A stretch of DNA of 34,403 bases from a virus (Duplodnaviria; Caudoviricetes), in the IMG/VR virus record IMGVR_UViG_3300034062_001508, positions 1-34,403 of that record. The stretch is one strand, 5' to 3'. The translations under genes and the position numbers were made by a program. Positions 1 through 7,280 of this stretch are shown here, one piece after another. Below the pieces are notes generated by a model that saw nothing but the letters and a program-made list of their open reading frames with translations, was not told the DNA's origin and made no database searches. Position 1 is the first letter of the stretch; each line of letters starts with the position of its first letter.

Positions 1-476
1 TTTCAACCTTCCCAAAGCCCCAAAAGTAAAGCTCAAGCCTGCACTACCAGACCAGCGGCAGATCGCGGTGATGCCAATCAAGGCATTGACAGATAGGCGA
101 TTAAGCGGTGGCTGCGTCAGAGTCCTGGCATTAATCTGTAGTTATTGCAACAGAGCTGGCATTACATGGGTCGGACAGCAGCGCCTAGCCACAGACTTGC
201 AAACCACCAAGCAGTACATCTGCCAGCAGATGACCACGCTCAGGAAGGCTGGCTACATCGAGACGCTCACAAAGGGCTGCAAAGCTAGCCATACCGCCAC
301 AACAAGAGTGATATATAACAAAACTATCGGGGTAGATGATGCGATAGGTTTAGTCAATGAAGAGACCAGAAGTCCGAGAATGATTACACAAGAGGAGAAG
401 TTTATGGCAGAGATGCTCAGCAAGGGGGTTAAACGAGCCCGTAAGACGATTAAATTACCAGTCAAGGGTGAGGCCT
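1..476 (+). repeat. Terminal direct repeat, copy 1 (imperfect)
   Basis: Aligns without gaps to 33928-34403; about 35 substitutions by hand count; first 81 and last 73 nt are identical. Confidence 0.95.
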
Positions 477-748
477 TGGATGTGATTGAAAAGGCCAAGA
501 TGACGGTTGTAGTTAATCATAACAACTGCGAGGCTATAGTCCAAGAGGTGTATAGAAGTGTATATTTAAAAGAAAAAGTAATAAATGATTTAGATTTAAA
601 AGGATTTGAAATGATTGGAATGTGTGGAATGACACAGCAACAGTTCAGCAGAGACCTAGAGTTGTGGCTCAGGGCAAGGCCAGCACCGCCAGAAAGCATA
701 CTGGAGCTGGCAAGAGCGCTGCTTGATGAGCAATGCAAGGGAGTATAA
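2..748 (+). CDS. HTH-domain replication initiator-like protein (5'-truncated here; true start at 33896)
   Basis: Frame is open from base 2. LSGGCVRVLALICSYCNRAGITWVGQQRLATDL...TLRKAGYIE fits the winged-HTH N-terminus of phage replication initiators, and the gene lies downstream of RusA. About 259 aa across the junction. Confidence 0.7.
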   Translation, partial: FNLPKAPKVKLKPALPDQRQIAVMPIKALTDRRLSGGCVRVLALICSYCNRAGITWVGQQRLATDLQTTKQYICQQMTTLRKAGYIETLTKGCKASHTATTRVIYNKTIGVDDAIGLVNEETRSPRMITQEEKFMAEMLSKGVKRARKTIKLPVKGEALDVIEKAKMTVVVNHNNCEAIVQEVYRSVYLKEKVINDLDLKGFEMIGMCGMTQQQFSRDLELWLRARPAPPESILELARALLDEQCKGV

Positions 749-944
749 GGCCTGTATGCGATCCAATCGGTGGTATGCAGGGGCAACAGAGGGGTGTAGG
801 GCTATTAGCAAAGGCATTGAGGGGTATTTGCTAGGGCTGAGGCAGTCAAAAAACAGAGGCACGTTACCCCTCCCCCCGGCCTGTCACTATGGGCGGGGTG
901 CCTCACTCAATTTTTCCCCGTTATTTTAAAAAAAGGAGCAGAGC

Positions 945-1115
945 ATGGAAGAGCAGCAGAAGTTACAACGTGAGATGCACAGCGCAATGTTAAGCCTACT
1001 GCGTCAGGGTTTTACCCTACAAGCCGTAGTTCATGCTTTAATCGTGGAATCTGAGCGATTAAGCGAAAGCGCAGCAGTCGTGCAGGCAATTAATGATTTC
1101 AACCACCAACCGTAG
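945..1115 (+). CDS. Hypothetical protein, 56 aa (MEEQQKLQREMH...)
   Basis: Below the ORF-track cutoff; AAGGAG Shine-Dalgarno upstream; fills the gap before the SSB gene. Confidence 0.7.
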   Translation: MEEQQKLQREMHSAMLSLLRQGFTLQAVVHALIVESERLSESAAVVQAINDFNHQP

Positions 1116-1128
1116 ATAGGGATAAACA

Positions 1129-1431
1129 ATGGCATACGATAAGCCTTTTGAAATAAAGCCAGGCAACTTTCAGTTGTTCAAGAATACAAAAAAGACAGAC
1201 CAAAAGCACGCAGACTGGACTGGCACCATCAAACTGCCCGATGGCCGCGAGTATTGGTTTAATATGTATAACAAAGAAGGTGCTAAGGGAGCCTATTTTT
1301 CTGGATACATCGGCAAAGAAAAGCAGCAGTTAGATCAGCCAGCTGCGTTTAATAGCTTTGCTCCAAGTGCTCCTATTGGACGCCCAGAGAACTATGCCCC
1401 AGCAGCTCCATTGGATGACGTACCCTTCTAA
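1129..1431 (+). CDS. Single-stranded DNA-binding protein (DUF736-like)
   Basis: Aromatic beta-rich core (LFKN..K...ADWTGTI...YWF...YFSG), Pro/Ala linker and acidic DDVPF C-terminus typical of SSBs. Confidence 0.7.
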   Translation: MAYDKPFEIKPGNFQLFKNTKKTDQKHADWTGTIKLPDGREYWFNMYNKEGAKGAYFSGYIGKEKQQLDQPAAFNSFAPSAPIGRPENYAPAAPLDDVPF

Positions 1432-1859
1432 TGGCTAGTACCCGTCCAAAAGCAAAGATAGCAGCTCAGATACCATCCCTACAAAACTGGGGTGGTATTC
1501 GGTCTATTCAGAAAAGATTAGAGCGCTCGGCTACGATTTCAGAGAATCGCGAGGCGGTCGCCTACTCTTTGCTGTGTATGGCCAATACGAAGATTACGGA
1601 CATTATGGAGTGGGACGATGAGGGCCAGGTTAAAGTTAAAGCTAGTAAGGATATTCCTGAGCACGCCCTTCAAGCCATCAAAAGTATTAAAGTTAATAAA
1701 GATGGTAATTTAGAGCTGGAGCTATACGATAAGGTCGGCGTATTGCGCCTGCTAGCCAAAGCCTCTGGTCTCTTAGATAACCCTGATGAGTCGGATAAAC
1801 CCTCGGTTATTGGTATCAATATCAAGCCGCCTGACGTTCAAGACGTAGATCTAGATTAA
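1431..1859 (+). CDS. terS: Terminase small subunit
   Basis: ITDIMEWD...IPEHALQAIKSIK...ELELYDKVGVLRLLAK pattern typical of phage TerS. Confidence 0.7.
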   Translation: MASTRPKAKIAAQIPSLQNWGGIRSIQKRLERSATISENREAVAYSLLCMANTKITDIMEWDDEGQVKVKASKDIPEHALQAIKSIKVNKDGNLELELYDKVGVLRLLAKASGLLDNPDESDKPSVIGINIKPPDVQDVDLD

Positions 1860-1875
1860 AAAACAACAAAGGGTA

Positions 1876-1923
1876 TTGCATTTATTTTTTTTCTGATTAC
1901 CATCAGGGGTAGCGATATCGCTA
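1876..1923 (+). promoter_or_regulatory. Putative sigma70 promoter with palindromic operator
   Basis: TTGCAT (1876-1881), 16-nt spacer, TACCAT (1898-1903), then the perfect palindrome TAGCGATATCGCTA (1910-1923). Confidence 0.55.
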
Positions 1924-1941
1924 ATAACCCGTGAGGATGAT

Positions 1942-2118
1942 ATGACGAAAAGAAAAGAGCACTCCCCTGCTGTAGTTGTTGACTCTGGCTCTAGTTACGA
2001 GGAGCCTATTCCGTTTGCTGGTATCGTAGAGATAGAGCCTGACTTTGATTACGATGATGACCCTATAGACCTTGATTCTGTCTGTAATTTCCGAACCAAC
2101 CACAATGACGAAAACTAA
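1942..2118 (+). CDS. Small acidic hypothetical protein, 58 aa
   Basis: MTKRKEHSPAVVVDSGSSYEEPIPFAGIVEIEPDFDYDDDPIDLDSVCNFRTNHNDEN; GAGG SD upstream; first ORF after the promoter. Confidence 0.65.
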   Translation: MTKRKEHSPAVVVDSGSSYEEPIPFAGIVEIEPDFDYDDDPIDLDSVCNFRTNHNDEN

Positions 2119-2287
2119 AATGCAATTAAAAGATACCAGCTCACATGAGATGACTAACGTGGAGATTGCGGAAAAGCTGTTTATCCACCCGCATACGGTT
2201 AGCAAAATTGAGAACCGCGCTATGGAGAAGTTCAAGCGCGAGCTAAAAAAACGCAACATTAATCTAAAAGATTTGATTGGAGACTAA
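2105..2287 (+). CDS. Stand-alone sigma70 region 4-like HTH protein
   Basis: EMTNVEIAEKLFIHPHTVSKIENRAMEKFK matches the region 4.2 pattern T..EIA..L......V..IE.RA..K; start is ATG 2105 or 2120. Confidence 0.75.
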   Translation: MTKTKMQLKDTSSHEMTNVEIAEKLFIHPHTVSKIENRAMEKFKRELKKRNINLKDLIGD

Positions 2288-2288
2288 C

Positions 2289-2588
2289 GTGAGGCTCTTA
2301 TTTTTAATATTAATCGCTGGTGGCGTACAGGCTGAGACGCGGCTATATACCGATGCGCTAGGCTTGCCTGCTGGATCGTCCTATCAGATCGGCAATACTA
2401 CGTTTTATACCAACAGTTTGAACCTGCCTGCCGGAACCCGCGTGGATCTAGGCAGCGCGTATATCTATAACGACTCTCTTGGCCTACCAGCTGGTGCTAG
2501 CTACTCTGTCGGCCCTAGTCCGTGGGCAAGTAAGTCAACCTATACATCCCCATGGGATACGAAAGGATCGAATAATGGCTCATTTTGA
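2289..2588 (+). CDS. Secreted/periplasmic protein with three 20-aa-period repeats
   Basis: GTG start after a GGAGA SD; signal-peptide-like RLLFLILIAGGVQA; repeats YTDALGLPAG / YTNSLNLPAG / YNDSLGLPAG. Confidence 0.7.
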   Translation: MRLLFLILIAGGVQAETRLYTDALGLPAGSSYQIGNTTFYTNSLNLPAGTRVDLGSAYIYNDSLGLPAGASYSVGPSPWASKSTYTSPWDTKGSNNGSF

Positions 2589-2817
2589 ACCCAACAATCC
2601 AGAGTTTGAATCTCCGCATGATGCGGTGAATAGGCCAAAGCACTACCTAAGCCATCCGTCTGGGGTTGAGTGCATCACAATTACCGAGCACATGGGCTTT
2701 TGCCTGGGCAATGCGATGAAGTACATCTGGCGCGCAGACGAAAAGCATGACGCGATTGAGGATCTACGCAAGGCGCGCTGGTATATCGAGCGAGAGATAG
2801 CCCGGAGACTTAAATGA
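2575..2817 (+). CDS. DUF3310 (T7 gp1.7/SaV-like) protein
   Basis: DAVNRPKHY...VECI...GFCLGNAMKYIWRA..K...EDLRKARWYI signature. Confidence 0.88.
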   Translation: MAHFEPNNPEFESPHDAVNRPKHYLSHPSGVECITITEHMGFCLGNAMKYIWRADEKHDAIEDLRKARWYIEREIARRLK

Positions 2818-3053
2818 ACAATGAACCAGTAGCGTGGCTGAGCCAAGGCGGTGATGTGTCAAGAAGTGCAGATTACTTTGTAGAAATGGGTTTTACAGAC
2901 TTGATTCCACTCTATACCCATCCAGTAAAAGAACTAACAGATGAGGAAATATACGCAGAAATGGTTAAGTGTATTGATTCACCTAATGATGGGCATGAGT
3001 TTAGATATAAAGATTTTGCTAGAGCAATACTAAGAAAGGCACAAGAGAAATGA
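2814..3053 (+). CDS. Phage hypothetical protein (EPVAW...PLYT...LTDEEI...FARAI type)
   Basis: ATGA overlaps at both ends; motif set I recognise from small phage accessory proteins. Confidence 0.7.
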   Translation: MNNEPVAWLSQGGDVSRSADYFVEMGFTDLIPLYTHPVKELTDEEIYAEMVKCIDSPNDGHEFRYKDFARAILRKAQEK

Positions 3054-3289
3054 TTACATTTAAATGGATCGGCACAGGCATCTGCCTGCTGAGTATCTTG
3101 CTTACTGCGCTCAATATCTACCCAGCTAACCTGGTGCTGGGCTTTATTGGCTCTACTATGTGGGCGATTGCTGGCTACGCGCTGGACGATACGCCATTAT
3201 TCGTGGTCGAGGCTGTGGCCGTGGTGTTTTACTTTGGCGGCCTAGTGGTTTATGTGGCTACTGAGCTGGCTAAGTGGGGCGTTTGGTAA
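3050..3289 (+). CDS. Small three-helix membrane protein
   Basis: Three hydrophobic segments; W-x-G near the N-terminus and a G...W motif are reminiscent of PnuC/SemiSWEET-like half transporters. Confidence 0.65.
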   Translation: MITFKWIGTGICLLSILLTALNIYPANLVLGFIGSTMWAIAGYALDDTPLFVVEAVAVVFYFGGLVVYVATELAKWGVW

Positions 3290-3552
3290 CATAAATGTTA
3301 CTTAAAGCCCATTAATGTACATAATGAGATACAAAATGTTATGTTTACCGAACGGGGCATTTGTAAAGAAATGTGTAGTTAATTACACAAAAGTTACTGA
3401 TCGGGGCATTTTGTAGGATTTGGTAATGCAGTTGCATTGTGTACAAAAAATCCGTCTTTCTATACATATTGAAATAATGTGTATACATTGTGTATACAAA
3501 TATCGGACAGAACGTCACAAGTTTGCATGACTTTTCATTTATAATTCATGCA
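3286..3552. repeat. Non-coding array of different inverted and direct repeats between convergent genes
   Basis: GTAACAT-AA-ATGTTAC, ATGTACAT, TGTGTAGTTAATTACACA, AATGCA-GT-TGCATT, TGTGTATACA x2, TGCATGA-N15-TCATGCA, and a 21/22-nt direct repeat (3345-3365, 3394-3415). Confidence 0.8.
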
Positions 3553-3553
3553 C

Positions 3554-3907
3554 TTACAGCTCTAACGGATCGAACCCCAATTCTGTAGCTACAAGGCGGC
3601 AGCGATCCCTAAAGGGTTTGCCGTGGTGCAGCCACTTATCGCCCTTCTGCCTGTAAAAGCTCATGTGAATCATCTCATGGGCCAGCGTGGTTAGGACGGT
3701 ATAGTAATGGCCGCATCGAGCAGAGGATACCGTTACCGTATGCTCGTAGTCCTCACCCGTATCAAATAGGTAAGTACCCATCAGCTCTGGGTCTGCGGTT
3801 ACGATAAAGTCAACCTCCTCCGGCAAGGGCATCTTCCACTTGGTAAATGGATAGCAGCAATACAGGGATGCGTAAAGGTTGCGAACAACCTCTGGACTTA
3901 GCCTCAT
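3554..3907 (-). CDS. SprT-like zinc metallopeptidase
   Basis: TLAHEMIH (HExxH) followed by HGKPF (third-ligand HG..F motif). Confidence 0.8.
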   Translation of the reverse strand: MRLSPEVVRNLYASLYCCYPFTKWKMPLPEEVDFIVTADPELMGTYLFDTGEDYEHTVTVSSARCGHYYTVLTTLAHEMIHMSFYRQKGDKWLHHGKPFRDRCRLVATELGFDPLEL

Positions 3908-4905
3908 ACCTTATTGATACAGCCCCTAAACTCAAACTCATCCTCGCCGCAGACTTGGATTAGCTCTGGCAGCATGAGGCGACCACGCTCAAACGACAGT
4001 AGGGCAAACCCTGATCTCCAGTCTTTTGGGTTATCCTCGGTGTAATGAACAAATTGCTCCGAGTGTGGCTCTGCCAATGTGCCTGTTTGTACGCCGTAAC
4101 GAGTTCCACCGTTATGTCGGAAAGCTGGGCTAAAGTCTGTAATCGGCTGTACGGCCAAGTTGTGTGTATGGCCAGTAATGATGTTAACCCCAGCGTTCAG
4201 CGAGTTAGCGCGGCCAGCTGAGAACCCGCCTTTCCAGCGGTGCTTAATCATCGTATCGTCATTAATCCAATAAGACCAGCAAGGTTTCCATAAAGGGAAG
4301 TGGTCTTTGAGCGTAAAGCCCTCAACTCCCTCGTACTGGCTAGCCTGAGCCGCAAGGAATGTTTCAAAACGGGCGTCGTGGTTGCCTAGCGTCCAGATCA
4401 GCTCTGCGCCAATCGAGGCCTTTTCAATATTGCCCATGAATTCTTTGCAGGCCTCCAACTCCTCTTTGATGGTTGGCGTATTAGACCAGCCAATGCGGGG
4501 ATGGCGTGAAGCCTGGGAGCCGTCAAACACATCGCCGTTAGCAATAACGACTTTGGGTCTGAACTCCTTGATAATCATGAGGAGAGCTTTGTATGCTGTG
4601 GTGTAATCGTCTGGCCAAAAGTGGGCATCGGAGAATACGACTACGCGCCCCTTCTCCATCTGGATCTCACGCCTAGCGTGGTGCGGCGTTTCCTCAGCTC
4701 TGCTAATTTTGATGTTTTGGTATTGGAGCTTGTCTTGTTTGCCGCCCTTTGCCTCTAAAACAATGTTGTTTCTGGACTCAATCGCTCGCCTGCGCTTTAA
4801 TAGGTTGCGAATATTAATGCCAACCTTCTTTGCCATTTCAACCGCGCTAGGGGATTTGTGCCATTCCGCTATAAACTCTGCATCTGTTAGGTGATATCCG
4901 GACAT
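3904..4905 (-). CDS. Calcineurin-like metallophosphoesterase with N-terminal HTH-like segment
   Basis: Motifs DAH, GDVFD, GNHD, H and GHTH occur in canonical order. Confidence 0.88.
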   Translation of the reverse strand: MSGYHLTDAEFIAEWHKSPSAVEMAKKVGINIRNLLKRRRAIESRNNIVLEAKGGKQDKLQYQNIKISRAEETPHHARREIQMEKGRVVVFSDAHFWPDDYTTAYKALLMIIKEFRPKVVIANGDVFDGSQASRHPRIGWSNTPTIKEELEACKEFMGNIEKASIGAELIWTLGNHDARFETFLAAQASQYEGVEGFTLKDHFPLWKPCWSYWINDDTMIKHRWKGGFSAGRANSLNAGVNIITGHTHNLAVQPITDFSPAFRHNGGTRYGVQTGTLAEPHSEQFVHYTEDNPKDWRSGFALLSFERGRLMLPELIQVCGEDEFEFRGCINKV

Positions 4906-4977
4906 AATTACCCTAGAAATTTTGCATATTGTTGTTTATACAGTATATTTGAGAAAATATCATTAAAAAGGTTATCT

Positions 4978-6537
4978 ATGTCACGTACCAAAGAGGCTAG
5001 TTCTAAAGAAATTCCCTCTACAGGTCTGAACCTAGACTTCTCTAAGAGCCCTGAGGTATATAAGTTTCTCACATCTAATGCGTTTGTGCGCGGGATGATG
5101 GGGCCTGTAGGCTCCGGCAAGTCATATGCTTGCGCTGCTGAGGTATTCATTCGCGCAATTCAGCAAAAGCCTAGCCCTATCGATGGCATCCGATATAGCC
5201 GTTTTGTTATCGTACGAAACTCGTACCCTGAGCTCAAGACTACCACAATAAAGACGTGGTTAGACCTGTTCCCTGAGAATACGTTTGGCCCGATGCTGCA
5301 TACGCCGCCTATTACGCATCACATTCGGCTGCCTGCTAGAGAAGGCGCAGCTGGTATTGACTGCGAGGTAATTTTCCTAGCACTTGACCAGCCAAAAGAC
5401 GTGCGAAAGCTGTTATCCCTAGAGCTAACAGGCGCGTGGGTGAACGAGGCACGCGAATTACCCAAGGCTGTAATTGATGGCCTTACACACCGTGTGGGTC
5501 GATACCCTACAAAGCGGGATGGCGGCGCAAGCTGGCATGGTATTTGGATGGATACCAACCCGATGGACGATGACCATTGGTGGTATCGCCTTGCAGAAAA
5601 AGAAAAGATGACTGGCCCATATGCTTGGAAGTTCTTTAAGCAGCCGGGCGGCGTAATCGAGCTGCCAGTAACCGATCTACCTGAAAATCCAGAGGCAAAC
5701 GACTGCATTTTTGCATCCGGCAAGTGGTGGCAGATTAACAAACGAGCTGAAAACGTGGCCAACCTGCCTGCTGGCTACTATCAGCAGATGCTACTAGGTA
5801 AGAATTTAGACTGGATCAGGTGCTACGCAGAAGGTAAGTACACCTATGTGCAAGAGGGTAAGTCGGTGTGGCCAGAATACAACGATAATATTATGTCTGG
5901 CCCTACTGAAGTAGATCCTACGGTACCAATCCAAGTCGGCCTTGACTTTGGTTTGACCCCAGCTGCGGTGATTGGACAGCGTTTGCCGTCTGGCACATGG
6001 CAGATTATTGATGAGATTGTCACTTTTGATATGGGATTGGAGCGTTTTGGCCACCAACTCATATCGGAGCTCAACGCTAGGTATCCTGGTATACAAGTAC
6101 TTGTATGGGGCGACCCTGCTGGTATGGCTAGAGATGCAATCTACGAGGTAACGGCCTTTGACTTCTTAAAGACGTTAGGCCTTAAAGCCCAGCCTACCCC
6201 ATCAAACGACTTCAAGGTGCGCCGAGAGTCTGCTGCCGCGCCCATGCAGCGCCTTATTAACGGTAAGCCAGGGCTATTGGTTGACACAAAATGCAAGATG
6301 CTGCGTAAATCATTGGCAGGCGGCTACCACTTCAAGCGAATCTCAGTCGGATCAGGCCAAGAGCGCTTTAAGGATGCACCGAATAAGAATGAGCACTCGC
6401 ACGTAGGCGATGCCTTTGGCTACTTGCTGCTAGGCGGTGGCGAATACAAGCGCATGACCCGTGGGCCAGCTGGTCAATCCAAGACTTTTGTAGCCCAGAC
6501 CGTAGCTAACAGCGACTTTGATATATTTGGACGATGA
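4978..6537 (+). CDS. terL: Terminase large subunit
   Basis: Walker A GPVGSGKS, Walker B WVNEARE, coupling motif DTNP, nuclease GLDFG...GDPAG...HVGDA; ATG 4978 chosen as start. Confidence 0.93.
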   Translation: MSRTKEASSKEIPSTGLNLDFSKSPEVYKFLTSNAFVRGMMGPVGSGKSYACAAEVFIRAIQQKPSPIDGIRYSRFVIVRNSYPELKTTTIKTWLDLFPENTFGPMLHTPPITHHIRLPAREGAAGIDCEVIFLALDQPKDVRKLLSLELTGAWVNEARELPKAVIDGLTHRVGRYPTKRDGGASWHGIWMDTNPMDDDHWWYRLAEKEKMTGPYAWKFFKQPGGVIELPVTDLPENPEANDCIFASGKWWQINKRAENVANLPAGYYQQMLLGKNLDWIRCYAEGKYTYVQEGKSVWPEYNDNIMSGPTEVDPTVPIQVGLDFGLTPAAVIGQRLPSGTWQIIDEIVTFDMGLERFGHQLISELNARYPGIQVLVWGDPAGMARDAIYEVTAFDFLKTLGLKAQPTPSNDFKVRRESAAAPMQRLINGKPGLLVDTKCKMLRKSLAGGYHFKRISVGSGQERFKDAPNKNEHSHVGDAFGYLLLGGGEYKRMTRGPAGQSKTFVAQTVANSDFDIFGR

Positions 6538-7028
6538 AATTCTCTATACCGTATGAGGTAATGAATGACGAGGTGCATAAGCGCAAGGGGATGTACTACC
6601 TGCCGTTTGTGCCTGAGCACTTTGACCATTTAGACTTTGACCATAAAGAGATATCGGTTCTGTCGCACGTATACGATATTAAGTCTATGGTCTCCCAGCA
6701 AGCGCAGATGGGTGTTGCGTTTACTGCGTTTAAAGGCGCTAAGGCTATAGCTGTTTTAGGTGTAGTAAACATCTGGCCTGGAGTCGGTGAGATGTGGAGT
6801 CTCTTTGATAATCAAGCTAGGGAGATCCCAGCCACAGCCCTTAGAACGGGTAAATCATTTAGCGATATCGCAATTAGATATCTCCAGTTGCATAGATTAC
6901 AAATAACTGTTAGAACTGACGACAATAGGGCGTTCAGATACGCAAAAGCGATTGGGTTTGAAACTGAAAGCGTGATGCGAAAGTACGGCCCAGATCAGGT
7001 TGATTACTTACTTATGGCGAGGTTTTGA
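6534..7028 (+). CDS. GNAT-fold (RimJ/RimL-like) protein
   Basis: LHRLQITVRTDDNRAFRYAKAIGFETESVMRKY is a GNAT C-terminal motif; comparable to GNAT-like assembly proteins of podoviruses. Confidence 0.78.
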   Translation: MKFSIPYEVMNDEVHKRKGMYYLPFVPEHFDHLDFDHKEISVLSHVYDIKSMVSQQAQMGVAFTAFKGAKAIAVLGVVNIWPGVGEMWSLFDNQAREIPATALRTGKSFSDIAIRYLQLHRLQITVRTDDNRAFRYAKAIGFETESVMRKYGPDQVDYLLMARF

Positions 7029-7029
7029 T

Positions 7030-7278
7030 ATGGGTGGATTAATAGGTGGCGGTGGCGGTGCTCCTGATATGAGTGGACAAATTCGTGCTCAACAAGAAGA
7101 AAATGCTCGCTTAAAACAGCAAGCAGACGAGGAGCGCAGAGACCTAGCCGAACAAGCTGCTGGTCGCGTTGCATCACGCAGACGTGGCGGCTCAAGAATG
7201 TTGTTGGCAGATACGCGCTTAACTCCAGAAACAGGTGTTGAGCAAACTTTAGGAACTAACCGAGGAATGGGAGTTTAA
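7030..7278 (+). CDS. Small virion assembly/ejection-type protein
   Basis: MGG N-terminus, coiled coil, RRRGG..LL and TLG tail; lies between TerL and portal like small T7-type virion proteins. Confidence 0.6.
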   Translation: MGGLIGGGGGAPDMSGQIRAQQEENARLKQQADEERRDLAEQAAGRVASRRRGGSRMLLADTRLTPETGVEQTLGTNRGMGV

Positions 7279-7280
7279 TC

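Noticed and set aside
1-476. Diversity-generating retroelement template/variable repeat pair
   Set aside because: Differences are mostly synonymous and not adenine-specific, there is no reverse transcriptase, and the repeats are the contig ends.
723-929. 68-aa ORF after the initiator
   Set aside because: No SD or recognisable motif; it crosses the GC-rich hairpin and is probably non-coding.
3345-3415. Mini-CRISPR array
   Set aside because: Only two imperfect 21/22-nt copies, no cas genes and no regular repeat-spacer period.
4926-4945. LexA SOS box near TTTATACAGTA
   Set aside because: Only one good half-site; the left half and spacing do not fit CTGT-N8-ACAG.
6860-6873. Additional TAGCGATATCGCAA operator copy
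   Set aside because: Inside the GNAT coding sequence with no nearby promoter; may be chance, so not counted.
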